A stretch of DNA of 64,000 nucleotides, taken from Amoebidium appalachense (Eukaryota > Protista > Ichthyosporea). The notes under the pieces are model-generated. The model was not told where the DNA came from and ran no database searches. It saw nothing but the letters and a program-made list of their open reading frames with translations. The translations under genes and the position numbers were made by a program. Location: contig CAVNZM010000004.1 of assembly GCA_963693365.1 (NCBI GenBank), positions 7,601,093 through 7,665,092 on the forward strand, given 5' to 3'. Below, piece after piece: positions 1-44,306 of this stretch. Numbering within the stretch: the stretch's first letter is position 1; the number at the start of each line of letters is the position of its first letter.

Positions 1-7199
<7,199 letters not shown>

Positions 7200-8343
7200 C
7201 TGGTTGGGAAAATGGGATGTGAGGTTAAAGCAACAACAACAACAACAACAACAACATGGCAACAGCAACAGCAACAGGGAGGGCAAAAAAAAAATTAGTA
7301 ATTGGGGAAAATGGGATGTTGGTTAAAAAAAAACCAAAAACAAAAAAATAGAGGGGAAAAAAAGAGAGAGAGAAAAAAAAGAGATATAAAAAAAGAACGG
7401 TATATCTCCAAATATCAAGGATACATCCTGTAACGTCACGATGTCTACGTGTGCATCTTTTTGGGTGGAAGTAATGTTGGCATTGGTGCCGCCACCACAT
7501 CACAGCTTGAATACATGTCGGTAATAAACAGCATATTGCCCCATTGGTCATCCGATGAGCATTGTATTTACGCAGGATGGGCAAAGACTTTCCGGATCTA
7601 TTATCATCGGGGCATGGGCGCATGTCATGTTGGGTGAGATTGCATGCTTCGGACGCACTGGTGAGAGATGCAATTACTGCCGATGGGAAAACAAAGGGTT
7701 TTTTTTTAAAATGGAATGTGTTTGGTTTGCCCCTGAAGAAACCAGTTGCAAACAGTCCACCAGATCTCGAGTGCAAGAAGTGGTTAAACACTATCGTGGG
7801 CAAATCAGGGTCGAAAAACTGAAGTCCACTAAAGAAACACTGGTTAGCAAGACCGAATTCTAAAATGGTACGAATTTATCAGCTGGGTACATTTGATTAT
7901 TAATTAAGCCTGTGCATACACTAAACAATGTGCTTTTGCAAACAGGCCATGCCTGCGGCTTCTAACATGCTTAGGCCTACCAATCCGAGTCCCAATGATA
8001 ACATTTCCAAGAGCAACAGGTCATGCACTTGTATGCCAGGTCTCCCACAACCGCTCACCTTCTCAGGAAGTCTCTAAAAAATAAAAATGAGAGAAAAAGC
8101 GTAAAACGCACTAATGGTCAAAGTTTCTTTTCTGCTTTTGCAGCAATCACCTAACATTAGGGAGCCTCTTGAGTCTAGGTGGTGATCACATGTGGGCCTA
8201 GCTAGATAGGGCTAGACAGTTTCAAGGTTTCTGTGATACCAGCGTGCAAACTCTATTCTAAAATTCACTATTGAGCGCTTCTGCTAGTGTATAACATAAA
8301 GAGTGGCACAAATTGACATACCTACTACTATTTTATAAATACG

Positions 8344-8716
8344 TGTAACGGTTTTTTTTTTTTCGACACACTTAGGTGCACCTTCAGTTAGGGTGATCCA
8401 GAAGCTCACCAGTAGATCCAATAAAGGCGAATCCTCCAAAACTCCTGAATGTGGGGGTGTCCTAGGTGAGCAGCCAGGCGCGCTATCAAAGTTTCTCGAA
8501 ATCTCAAAATTTCCAAGTCTTCCAAGATTTGAATTTCAAGTCACTGAGGAATTCGGATTCGGGATCAACTTTAGGCCAATTAAAATGGACTTCGTTATAT
8601 TTGATATAGAAGTAAGAATACACTTTACACAAAGTGGTTCTTTATTCTGAATGGGTTCTCGATTCATTTCGCGCACAGTCGAAGAAGGCTTTCGATTCGA
8701 ACATCACACCGTCACA
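8344..8716. mobile_element. Possible solo LTR (373 bp)
   Basis: Starts TGTAACGG and ends CCGTCACA (TG...CA with a 7/8 terminal inverted repeat), contains AATAAA at ~8420, and is microsatellite-free. The TSD is not clean (ATACG versus A-ACACG). Confidence 0.45.
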
Positions 8717-9248
8717 AACACGAAGTTTCAAATTTGGAAGCCCAATTCAAACTACCCCCACAAAAAAAAGTTTGCGGGGAACCTGGTGGGTGCGCACTTG
8801 ACCAATCATTATAGAATTTCTTGAAACCAAAAAAATTCGAGAAACTGGGTCCTAACACGTTGCCATCGCGGCAGATAAATCGAAATTCGCAAAAACGAAA
8901 AGGAGGGCGACCGAGTTTTGGCGTAGAGGGGTTCAAGAAACAGAATTACAGATTTACCCGGTTTGTCAGATCTCTTAGAACTAAGCAACCAATAACGCCG
9001 TTTACAATATAACCTTATGTGGCTATTTAGTGCACTTACTGGGAAAGCCAAGGATCAGATTCTTCGGACATACTAGTCGTACAGGTTATCCGCGTACAAC
9101 GCCATGATTGGCCACTCCCAAAAGAGGATGGCAAAAAAAGCACAGTCAGGTGTGCTATCTAAAACATCGCACAGAGGCCAGAAACACTGTATAATACTTA
9201 GTAAATGATATATAATATCACAAAATAAATTTATATTGTCACAAAGCA

Positions 9249-9321
9249 GCTCTGTGGCACAGAAAGTGATCACAGAGCGGCTCTGTGGCACAGAATATTG
9301 CCACAGAGTGCTGCTCTGTGC
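9249..9321. repeat. Cluster of short direct/inverted repeats (GCTCTGTGGCACAGA / CACAGAG), probably DNA-transposon subterminal repeats
   Basis: gctctgtggcacagaa x2, cacagag x2 and gctctgtgc within 75 bp; same architecture as the interior of the MITE at 52621-52908. Confidence 0.45.
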
Positions 9322-11809
9322 TATTGAAGTTCGGGGGCGATATCTAAAATGAATAAGCTGATTTTTTGTTTTCCGATATCTTTTAGGGGGGGGTCGGGGG
9401 GCTTGCCCCCCACTTATGATTATCTGATTAGGGGGTTCAAGCGTCTGGAATGTTTGTTATCTTTCTTTTCTTTTCTTTTTTTTCCTTTTTTTTTTCCTTT
9501 TGACTCGGTTTTATTGATCCGTTGATGAAGGCAACGTGCAGCCACAGGCTACATAACCACCAATAGAACTGAAAAAGCCAAAGCTACGACATAAAAATAA
9601 AGCGACAAGTGACAAAGGACACCAGCGGGCAAAACCTTAAGTGTACGTGTATGCGTGAAACTAGTTTGCTCCAACTAGTCATATGCATCGATGTTGACAT
9701 GGCACAAGTAAGGGTATCTGATGTAAGATGCATTGCCAACCGTCTTCACAGTATCGCGTAGGCTACCATCTGGTAAGTAACCAACCAATCACCTTGCGTT
9801 GTGTTATCATTACATCATCACCAGCCAGTAAACAGCGACAGCTGAGATATGTGCCCGGATGACTCTGAAAGTCCACGTCGCGCATGCAGCGCTAGCGCCG
9901 TCGCGTACTCAAACAAAGCTGAGTTTGTGGAGTGAAGCAACATGCACACATACATATGGTGACATGTAAGGATTAGGCAGGTATGCTTCTGTTGTGATAT
10001 ATGTGGAATATGATAGAGCCAAACTGTGATTGTAAAAGGACCAAAAACTACCAAAACGGCCACGTGATCGTTTATTTTGGGTCCGTTGCCTGTGCACATG
10101 CGAGCGCACACACATCGTGATGTGATTAGTCTCCTCGTTCCGAGATCGATCTCTGGGTAATTCTTCACAACAAAGATCCCCCACAGCATAGAGCAGTGAA
10201 GAATTAGCATGAAACGAAGAATTTTGACAGTGCTTCACATGATTTGGAAAATCCTACAGGCTCTGAGGTGCGTGTGGCTCGTCTGAGATCTACAAACGCA
10301 TGTTGGTTTGAACAAGAGCCTATGTTCTTATCCTTGAAACCCTCTGACGCATCGGTTTAGCATGGAGGGGAATTCGCCATGAGGAAAAAGACATCAAATG
10401 GGCAAGGTATGTTTGTGTGATGAGCGTGCATACGTGTCTGCGTGTCCACTATGCGTGCGGGAGCTCGGCCGAGCAGGCAGGCATCTCTCCCTCTCTTTCC
10501 TTCTCCCTTCTCGCTCCCCTCCTCCTCCCCCTCCCCCCCCCCTCCCCCCGGCTTGTTCCTTCTTTCTCTCTGTGTGTGAATACACTGGGTCAGAGGCAGC
10601 GTGCGTGCGTGTGCATGTGTGTGGTTGTGTGTGTATATATGGTGTGCCTGTCTTTAATGTCTTCTTTGGTGGTGGTTTTTCGCTTACGAACCTCATGCGT
10701 GCCTGTGAAAATCTGCGCTGGTGTGTATGGAGTTACATGTGCGTGAGTACCTGCTTTATAAGTTAGCAGCTGACTTATTCAATGTGCGAGGCGTCGACGG
10801 ATACTTTGTTGCCTGTATGATTGTGTGTGGGATTGCCAGTCTGCATTTTTTTTTTTTTCATAGATCTCTCCACATTGTTGTGTCGATGACTTCATTTGGG
10901 AATGCATGCAGCCAGGCGTTGAGGTATAGGTGCACGTGCAGGGGGGAGGGGGACTGGGGTGGGTGGGGATTGAGTGGGCGGGGGGATGGTGGGGGGGGGG
11001 GGGGGGGGGGGATGCGGGGGTGTTGTTTTTTTGGGGGGGGGGAGGGAGGGGGGGAGGGGAGGGGGGCGGGAGAGGGCGCATTATGTGAACCCGTTGTGAA
11101 GAAAGTCCTTCGAACAAGGGTCTACTGCTACCAAACACGCCTCAGCCCTTGATCCTCCCCCTCCCCCTCCCCCCCTCCCCCCCCTCCCCCCTCTTACACA
11201 CACAAACAAACACCCAGCCTTTTTGTTCCTTTTTTTCTTTTTCTTTCTCTCTCTCTCTTTCTCTCTTTTTTACAACCTTATTATTGTTTATTCTTTATTG
11301 CATATTCCCCTTAAGTTATCCGCCGTGCACTTCGACCGCACACCTCGTTACTCCCTCCCTCCCCCTTCCCCCCCCCCCCCCCCCCCCTCCTCCCCCTCCC
11401 CCCCCCCCCCCCCCCCCCCCTTCCCCCTTCCCAACCCTCCCAGGGCCACATCCCGGGCCAAACACACACTCAAGGTTACACCCTCCTTTTACTATTATTT
11501 CTTCCCCCTTTTTTGCGCACACCGTTTTGTTTTATTCCATTTTGTTTTCTTTCACTTAATTATAGCACTTGGTGCAAAGTAATAGTGTGTTGTGTATCAC
11601 ATTCTAACGTGTATCACTTTTAAGCCTCCCCCCCCCCCCCTCCCCCCCCCCCCCAACTCTCTTGTGCCCCCTTCCCTCGTTGCCATTCCCCCCCCCCCCC
11701 TCCCCCCCCCCCCCCTTCCTCCACCCACTCCACCCCGTCAGAGACACACATAGACAAACACACACGTGCACACACGCTCACACACGCATGCGTGCACACA
11801 CACACACAC

Positions 11810-11853
<44 letters not shown>

Positions 11854-12035
11854 GCACGCACGCACGAACGCACGCACGCACGCACGCACACACACGCACA
11901 CACGCTCGCACATACACACACGCACGCACACACACACACACACACTCACTTACACACAGCCCCCCTCTCCCCCCTTCCCCCCCCCCCCCCCCCCCCCCCA
12001 ACACACACACAAACACACACACTACCCCCACACAG

Positions 12036-27930
<15,895 letters not shown>

Positions 27931-28786
27931 GGGCCCATGGCCATTCGCAACACGGTGCCACCAAGGCACATGTTAGCCTACATAAGCATCACATTCGGCT
28001 CCGGAATGGATCGAGATCAGGAGACCGTGTAAGTTATGTCTAAAAGAATTGGTGCCACTATGTGGGTACCATGTGTAGTAACTAAAAACTCTACATGAGC
28101 AGTTTCATGCTTGATTGGCACTCAAAGGCCATGGACACTGAATTCGTGGTTTTTGGTGTAAAATAGCTGAACGAATGTTTGATTTATACAGATAGGTATG
28201 ACAGTGAAAGTATGCTGTGATTTTTTATGTATTGAGTATTCTCGTATTGCTGAGTGTGTTTGAATACGAATTTGAATGTCATATGAGAACGTGAATGAGT
28301 GTATACCCAAAGAGGTAAACGTCAATAGACATTATTGTACGGCCCCAAAACATGTTTTTTTACTCTGCTCCATGCATGGCCGCCCTACTCCGGCAAAACA
28401 CATACAGTCCTACACACGTGCATATGCATTGGGCAAAACTTCATGCATCCATTTCTCATACCCAACCCCCGAGATCGGCGATCATGTTGTGTGGCACATG
28501 GCATCTCTAGAAATTCAAGATATATCATCCGGGGAAGAACCTTCGTTCAATTATTTCTTCTGTCAACCAATAACCGTTTTTAGTTTTACTATTGACCCCA
28601 TAGTACGTATCCTTCGTTTGAGTCTAGCCGATCAGCATTATTGAAGTTTGCAATTTACAGCATTAGTGTAGTTTGCAATTTACATGTGTTGAGCTCAACC
28701 CCGCCTACAGCCGGTGTCCACGAATAAGAGTCTCCCCACGGGGGGTAACGCTAAAGTATCATATTCTCAAATATGAGAAAATGACG

Positions 28787-28827
<41 letters not shown>

Positions 28828-28839
28828 CACACACACACA

Positions 28840-29147
28840 CTGCACACTTACGCATGGCACAGGCAAACATACGGTCTGTGCAGTCGCACAAACACACCCA
28901 GACGCGCGCGCCCACGTGTACACACACACAAGGCACACCATTGCCATGCACATGCGCACACACACGCACACACGAGCACAGCAGCTTCGTGAAGCTGTGA
29001 CTTGAAGTCACATGTGCACCTCCCTGCTGAAAAAATCGCCACACACATGCAGGTATACACATACACGTATACAATCATACACGCAAATGTGACTTTAATA
29101 TACATGCACAAGCATTCACTGGCATGTAAGCACCACAATCACGAACG

Positions 29148-29194
<47 letters not shown>

Positions 29195-29237
29195 CGTGTG
29201 CAACCACACACACTGTAGCACACACACACACATGCAC

Positions 29238-29288
<51 letters not shown>

Positions 29289-29605
29289 TACACACATACA
29301 CACACAACACACCCACCCACGTGCACACACACCGTGTGTGTACACACACTGACACACATACACACGTGTCACACACACACACACACACGCACACACACTG
29401 CACACTTATGCATGGCACAGGCAAACACACGGTCTGTGCAGTCGCACAAACACACACAGACGCGCGCGCCCACGTGTACACACACACAAGGCACACCATT
29501 GCCATGCACATGCGCACACACGCGCACACACACACCCCGTGCAGTCACACAAGCGTACACAGACGCGCTGCGTCAGCGCGCACCGTTAACACACACCGTA
29601 CAAGC

Positions 29606-29649
<44 letters not shown>

Positions 29650-30235
29650 GGGGAGGGGGAGAGAGAGAGAGAGAGAGGCTCAGGGGGGGTGGGAGTGTGT
29701 GTGTGTGTGTGTGTGTGTGCACGTGTGTGCCTGGTGTGTACACAAGGTTCTAAGTGTAGCAGACTCCGAGGCTACCCACATGTGAACAGGTGTTGTGTTC
29801 GAGCCTCATTCAACTCAACTACGACCTGAGACATACGTGTATTAAAGAAGACTGACGCTCCACAGTGAGCAAAGGCAGAAATCGCCAAACACACGCATGT
29901 ACACGCACGCACACAATCATACACACAAATGTGACCTTAATACACATGCACAAGCACCCAACGGCATGTAAGCACGCGTGCGCGCGCACACACACACACA
30001 CACTGCTAGCATACACGCACACATGCACACACACACACACACATACACACACGTGACACACACACACACACACACACATACACACACACACACACATGTA
30101 TACACACACATATACACACAACACACCCGCCGTGCACACACACGCACACACGCACACACACACCCCGTGCAGTCACAAAAGCGCACACAGACGCGCTGCG
30201 TCAGCGCGCACCATAAACACACACCGTATAAGCCG
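28840..30235. repeat. Complex local duplications embedded in (CA)n-like sequence
   Basis: ~28840-28970 matches ~29398-29525; ~29033-29132 matches ~29879-29974; ~29530-29605 matches ~30158-30233. Confidence 0.8.
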
Positions 30236-30271
30236 AGACTCGGGGGGAGAGAGAGAGAGTGAGAGAGAGAG

Positions 30272-30333
<62 letters not shown>

Positions 30334-30480
30334 GAGAGAGGAGAGAGAGTGAGACTCAGGGGGGGGGGAAGGGGGGAGTGTGTGTGTGTGTGTCAAATTG
30401 ATTCGACCGAGTTTGGGCCCACATCGCTGTGGGTGGACCCACTAGATCGTTTATGTTGAATATCTAAAGGCCAATACAGG

Positions 30481-30516
<36 letters not shown>

Positions 30517-31864
30517 AGGGGTGCAGAAACACCCTTCCCTTCACAGTCTGTATGGCAATTCCCCTCCACGAGCCGACGGCGTCTTCTTCCCCTTCTCGCC
30601 CCTTCCCCCCCCCCCCCTCCCCACCTCCCCCTCCTTCTCCACCACCGGTACCGGTACCGTAACCACTCAGTTAAGCCCGTTTGTGATTCTCTCCACCAAT
30701 AATGCAAACGTGGGTGATCTGACAACTTCACTGAGCTTCATTCATCTTCGAGTCTCTGTTTCGACGGTCTTCAAAAAAATAAGAAACCCGAAAAGGAGCC
30801 TCCACACTCATGTTGTTATTGGTTTAGGATTGTGACGTGTGAAGTGGTTCGCCGACGGCGTGCATGTGCACGTGCCTTCTCCAAATCCCCTCTTCAAAGC
30901 GCCACTTTGCACTCTATATATGACATGCTATTTCATTATGCTCGTATGAACGGGTTTCTTTTCGATCTCTATACCAACGTCTAATTTTCAGGCTGCTATG
31001 TTGTAACTCCCAATCGTGTGCGAGGCCCCTGCAAGCCATGGTGGGTGCCCCAGAAGTGGAATGCTTGTGCTGACCCGGTCGAAATCGTTTCAAAAAGAAG
31101 TAAAAACACAATTAATTATTGCTCTTATTGCAGGTAAAACTTCTTCCCGATGGAACCAATGCTGATGACTTTCGATATTTTTATTTTTTATTTTTTATTT
31201 TTTGGTTTTTTTTTTTTTGGTTTTTTTTTGGTTTTTTTAACGTTTATCAAGTTGGTTTGCAACGGCCGATAACTTTTTTTGGCGCCAAACGGCCGTTGGT
31301 GCTTACCGAGGGGGGTAAAACGAAAAAGCAAGGTGATCCTTGTTGATCTCCTATGATGAGCGTCAGGAGTTACCGACTTTGATGAATGTTAATTACCTAC
31401 AATGAACACATATAGTACTTTTTACGATTTATTATTCTTTCAAAATATTTTTTAAGCGTGTTTTAGAAGCATGTTTACATATAGATACCTAGTGAAGTTT
31501 TGAATTTTCATATGAGCATATTCTTATTAATTGTCATTAGGAGGCCAAAGTACTATTGTGCTAGTTGGATATAGTACTTGTAGTACTACATAGTATAGTG
31601 GAGAGATATGAAAGGTCATAATGCCACAAATTTATGCTCAAACCGCCAAATAAACTTTTTATATTGATGAACTTTGGTTTAGGGGACCTTTTTATTAGTA
31701 TATTTGAGAATTTTCATGATGTCGTTTGTTCAACAAACACCACTTTCAAGTCTCTTTTTCAATGACGGACTCATTAGGGTCGAGAAACCCAGAATCCCAA
31801 TTTACCCCCTTTCATGATTCGGCTCTTTGACTAATAGGAACAGCCCCTTTATAGATGCTTTTCA

Positions 31865-32230
31865 ATAACCAATGAAATGTGCTTTATTAAAAAAGTGATC
31901 CGAGCAGTAACCAATGGTCTATTATGCGTGCCGGCTCGTCACATATGACCATTAGGAAAACCGGAATTTGGCAACGATCTAAAGCGGTTGGGGTTTTCCT
32001 ATTGGTTTTATAAAATCGGTAGCGTTGTGCACTGTTGTGAGCAAAATGCAAGACAATAATATAAACAATAAGTAGCCAAAAAGTATTTCTTTTAACTAAA
32101 CACCATAATAATTGTTTTACGTTTATTTTTTAAACCAAGCATGTATTTTGACACATATTGTTTTTATTATTATTTAGGCATCAGTTGGATCATCTCATTT
32201 CCGTTAGTAAGACACTCATTTATTGGTTCT
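31865..32230 (+). promoter_or_regulatory. CCAAT-box cluster upstream of the YABBY-like gene
   Basis: TAACCAATG at ~31866 and ~31908, and reverse TATTGGTT at ~32000 and ~32221, in AT-rich microsatellite-free DNA. Confidence 0.5.
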
Positions 32231-32367
32231 CGATCATGCCTCAAATAACATAGGGTTTGGCAGGTGGCACTGGTATCCCCAAAGCGTCAAAAACGGCTTC
32301 CTCCCTCTCGATCCCACTTAGTAACGTGAAAAACACCCTTTCCCCTTTCCTCCTACCATACACGAAA

Positions 32368-32568
32368 ATGCCCCCAAAGGCTGAGAAGAAGAGCGCCAAG
32401 GCAAAAGGCGAGCGCAAGCCATCCGCCTACAACCAGTTCATGAAGACTGAGATCGCCAAAATCAAGACCAAGCACCCCAACCTCGACCACAAGGAGGCCT
32501 TTAAGAAGGCCGCTGAGAACTGGAAGGATTCTCCCCAGAACCCCAAGAACGCCGGTGCCAAGAAGTAA
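32368..32568 (+). CDS. Intronless 66-aa basic YABBY/HMG-box-like DNA-binding protein
   Basis: MPPKAEKKSAKAKGERKPSAYNQFMKTEIAKIKTKHPNLDHKEAFKKAAENWKDSPQNPKNAGAKK matches the YABBY-domain pattern (R-x-PSAYN-x-F-x-K-x-EI-x-x-IK...H-x-EAF-x-x-AA-x-NW). AAAATG start context; codons are strongly C/G-ending. Confidence 0.93.
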   Translation: MPPKAEKKSAKAKGERKPSAYNQFMKTEIAKIKTKHPNLDHKEAFKKAAENWKDSPQNPKNAGAKK

Positions 32569-33825
32569 AGAAGTGTTTTTCTTCACCTCTGGCAACACGA
32601 GATCTCTGCTGCAGCGCCACGCCTGCTCCTGTCGTCTCGTGCTTCTTCCTGTCGACGTATGTTTCGGTGTCCGTGCCCGTGAGCTTCTCGTGAATTTAAG
32701 GGGTTGCAGTTTTTTTCGAAACTGGCTCTTGAGAATGTTGATGAAATTGTATAGTGTGTCATATGCACGCTCTTTATTGAAATTTATGGCACGGGTTGCC
32801 TGTTTGTTCAGGCACTGCGTGCTAAATGAAATAAAAAAACTATGAAATGAAAAATGTGAATCGGTTGGGCCATGTCAGGAGTGCACTGACAAGCCTTTGC
32901 CACTTCCTTTGCACCTTGGTCTAGTTTTGTTGCTAAGTTCCCCTTCATGTAATATACCCGGTAGGTATGTGAATGTGCGTGCCTCGTTCGGGTTCTTGTT
33001 ATGCATAGAAAATGGTGAAGTGGTTGTTATGGCGTGGGGTTACCGCCAAAACTACTCTGGCTATCTTTCAAGGGTATGAGTGCCACGAGACCAGTCGGCC
33101 GTTGTAGTTGCCTTGAAAAAGAGCTACCTCCTAAGGTAGTAGCGCTTCACTCATGTTGTTGTAGCCCAAAGTTTAGTTCCTTGTCGTTTCAGTTACAGTG
33201 ATCATGGCACTAAACGTAATATGCATACACAGTACATACTCTCCGGACCCGGCCGGGGCCCTTGAAATACATCCAAAGCGTGACAATTCACATGCACACG
33301 TACACCTGCACATGTATACAATAGGCTCTAGATATCGATCTGCTCGTGTCCACATTCACGTGCACCCACCGCTCCCATCTACATGGTGTTTGCTCCTATG
33401 GTCTTGCCCATGCTTGATGCCTCTTTGCTGCTTTGACCTGCGGCCAGCCGCCAGGCCCATCCTTTATTACTCTGGTACTGGCTCCTGCAGCAACCCACGT
33501 GCACAAAGCCAGCTTTCTGAGCAAAATAGCCACACAGCAGCACACTCAGAAAATAAATGTTTACATGTGTTCCCTTCGGTAAAGGTGCGGCACTTCAAGC
33601 GTGAGTCCTAAAAAATGGATTGTTACGAATGATGCTGTGCTTTTTCACCAACACACACACTTTCGGTGATGCGCAGTGTACGTTGTGTGTGCACAATGAT
33701 ACATGTGTCGGTGCCTGTTGCTCTGCATCACTGTGTGCCCGTCTGCTTGTCCGTACCTCCGTACGTTTGTATGCTTGTGTGTGTGTGTGTGTTTGTACGT
33801 GTGTATGGTGTGTGTGCATGTGCCC

Positions 33826-41156
<7,331 letters not shown>

Positions 41157-41849
41157 TGTTGTGTGTGCGTGTGTAAGAGGACTGTGTGAGTGTTCTAGGT
41201 GCGCATGGGTGGGTGAGTGCGCGCGTGTTCCCCCTGGCCTCGTAACGGGCCTTTGCGTGCACCGGTATGCCCACACACAAGGGGCAAAACTAGTGCGCTG
41301 CCTATGCTACACCTCCTATCCTCCCCGTTACAACATGCACCGATGGCGCTGCCTGTCTACGCTCTGTGACCCAGCCTCAACAACTGCGAACTTGCGAAGT
41401 CTGGATCCGGAACACGACGGCCCGCGCACGCATGCCGCCGGCCTGCATCCGCTGTGACGTCATAAAAACCTCGGGTGTTCAAATGCCGGTGAGCGTCGAA
41501 GACATCATCAGATGCACCATGACACCTTTTCCCGTGTGTGTGTGTGTGTGTGCAAGGTTTCCCGCTGCAGCGCTGCGGCTAGACACGGACAGCCACCATG
41601 CATAAAAGCCAAAAAAAAGAAAAAAGAAGAAGGGGAAGCTTTCTTGTTTTATCCCCCCCCTCCCCCCCCCCCCCCCCCCCCCCCCACCCCCCCCCTTCTA
41701 TTGTAGCTATAGATCCCCGGCTCGTGAGCGGGACCTTTTATCAACCAACTTCATTCCAAAAGTCACAAGTTTCTCAATTTTATTAATTTTGAAATTCTTC
41801 GGGTGTGTGTGTAGGGGGTGGGGAGTGGGGAGGGGGAGGGGGGAGGGGA

Positions 41850-41889
<40 letters not shown>

Positions 41890-41983
41890 GTAGCTAAGGC
41901 TTCACTTCATGTGGAAGCTACGAGAGTCTACTATACATAGGTGCACGAGGACGGGAGTCACGGTACGCATTCGGCATCGGAAG

Positions 41984-42026
<43 letters not shown>

Positions 42027-42320
42027 GGGGGAGGGCAACCACATCAACATTATCAATAAACTCGCTTCTAGCATAATAATTATGCTACAAGCGAGTTTAT
42101 TATGCTGGTGTGGTTGGGGCCTGGAGGGGGGGAGGAGGAGGAGGAGGCCTTGGTAGGTGACCTATTTGCGTTCTCCCCAGAACCCTTTGTCAGCCCTTCT
42201 CCTCTTGGGATCCCACTCCTTCACCCCCTCCCCCTCCCCTCATATGTATGGTGCGTGCATGTCCACGTGCTCGACGCTTCCCTTTCTTTGTTCAGTGACT
42301 AGTGCTTCCCCCCCCCCCCC

Positions 42321-42384
<64 letters not shown>

Positions 42385-42516
42385 AAGAGAGAGAGAGACA
42401 GAGACGTACAGAGAAGGGGACGGGGGGAGAGGGAGGGGGAGGGGGAGAGAGAGAGGGAGGGGGAGAGAGAGAGAGGGAGGGGGAGAAGGGGGAGGGAGGG
42501 GGGGGGGGGGGAGGGG

Positions 42517-42611
<95 letters not shown>

Positions 42612-43754
42612 TTGGAAGTATGTTCTTATGCTCGTATGCAAGGCATTGCTTTTCAAGGCTGTTTTTTATGTACATACAGTAACACAATGCCCGGCTTTCA
42701 AAAGTGTGTAGGTGAAATTTCAATAGTGTCCTGGACGTTGTATACCACATTCTACGTGTTTAACCACCCAGATCACAGTGGCGTGACTGAATTCTCAACA
42801 GGAACGGTAATTCTTTGGAAAAAGGGAATAAGACGTTCTGATCCTCTCCCCTTCTCTCCCAGATGTACACTGTAGCACCCTAAACTTGAAGACAACAGAC
42901 TCCTTTGGGCCACACCGCAACACAAAGTATACATAATACACAAGCATCCACAGGGTTCTCCAACCTTTCTTAATTCGTCTCTATTTTCCTCAAGTGCCTT
43001 AGCTGTTCACAGCAAATTCCCAATTCTGTTTGCTGTTGTGGCCATAATAAACGTGGTGCATGCACCGAGCATCAATCGTGAGCGTAAGCAACATGAATAT
43101 ACCAAACTCCAGCACGTTGGTCCAATCTCTGCCTTCACAAACGTTAAACACATAGAAGGCAGACAGGCGCGCTATAGAATAGGCTACAGCCGGAAACAAA
43201 GACGAACAAGTGGACCAAGTTTAGTAGTCGGAGACAGCAAGGATGTGCCATGCGTGGCTTGCACAGCTACTTTGGAAAAGGATTTGTGTGACAAGGCGCA
43301 GAACTTTGATGCTGGCATATTCGTTTTCTTTTCTTTCTTTCTTTTTTTGCACTTTGTTGCTTGGCCACGACGCTAAATAGACACGTGTGGAAAAAAAGAA
43401 ACTTGGAGCCTTTTTGAAAGGTCGCGCACTGCTTCAAGTCAAAAGCACGAAGCGAGCGTGTCGCGAGTCTGCCGAATCAACGTGGTAGCAGCAGTACGTG
43501 ACTTATTAGCGCAACAAAGATGCTTAAATCTGGATTACTTTTATCTACAAACTAAACTTTTGTATCGCCTATCAGCGGTGAGTTTTACAAGTGAGCTGTC
43601 ACCGGTACGGACATCCATGAACGTATATATAAACAGCCAGACGGCCTGCTATTTTTTGTGACCTTCACCATTTGAACACGCAAGGGAACAAGTTTATCGT
43701 TGACCCATCAATATTTTGTTTTTTCCCCCTCGTTTCTTTGAAGAAAGTACCAAC

Positions 43755-44306
43755 ATGAACGACATGATGTTTCTCTCACACTCACCCACCTCTCCACAAC
43801 CCGCCATTCTTTTGTCACCCCGAGACTCCAATGGCGCATGTTCCTGGGTCCTCCCAAACAGCCTAACCCCCATCCCAGAGCGCCACATGCATCCTCCTAA
43901 CTTCACATCCCCATGTGGCCCCATGCGCGTTCGACACCAGTTATTCTCAGGTTCGAACACGCTTTTATCAACAAACAGGAAAATAGCTGCAAAAGAAAAA
44001 CCCCTCTGGGCGCGCAAACTCGCAAAGGAAGAGAGTGCAGTGGTGCAGAGTGCGCGCGTGTGTGAGCCGGGCTACTTTGGGCCAGCCGGGTACCTGATGA
44101 TTGTCAAGAGACCGGGACGGTTGTACGATTCCGCTGGTGAGGAAAAAGAAAACGAGAAGGATAATATAGCTCGGAAGGAATGGGTGGCGGCGTCGGCGGG
44201 TGGCGTGCGTGTTTTGTGCAGTGATGGGGGGCTGTTTAGTGGCTTGGGGTCTGTGAGGCCGGCTGGGCCCGGGGTGCATAAGCAGATCGAGTGCACCAGC
44301 AGTTGA
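43755..44306 (+). CDS. Intronless 183-aa ORF of unknown function (Ser/Pro-rich N-terminal half)
   Basis: Non-repetitive ORF with an AACATG start, and a TATATATAAA box ~125 bp upstream (43624-43633). No recognisable domain. Confidence 0.45.
   Translation: MNDMMFLSHSPTSPQPAILLSPRDSNGACSWVLPNSLTPIPERHMHPPNFTSPCGPMRVRHQLFSGSNTLLSTNRKIAAKEKPLWARKLAKEESAVVQSARVCEPGYFGPAGYLMIVKRPGRLYDSAGEEKENEKDNIARKEWVAASAGGVRVLCSDGGLFSGLGSVRPAGPGVHKQIECTSS

Noticed and set aside
9850-11480. Candidate 5' exons of the RBR gene (e.g. donors near 10406 and 10924)
   Set aside because: Splice sites are plausible but phases could not be chained unambiguously to 12036, so they were left out of the gene coordinates.
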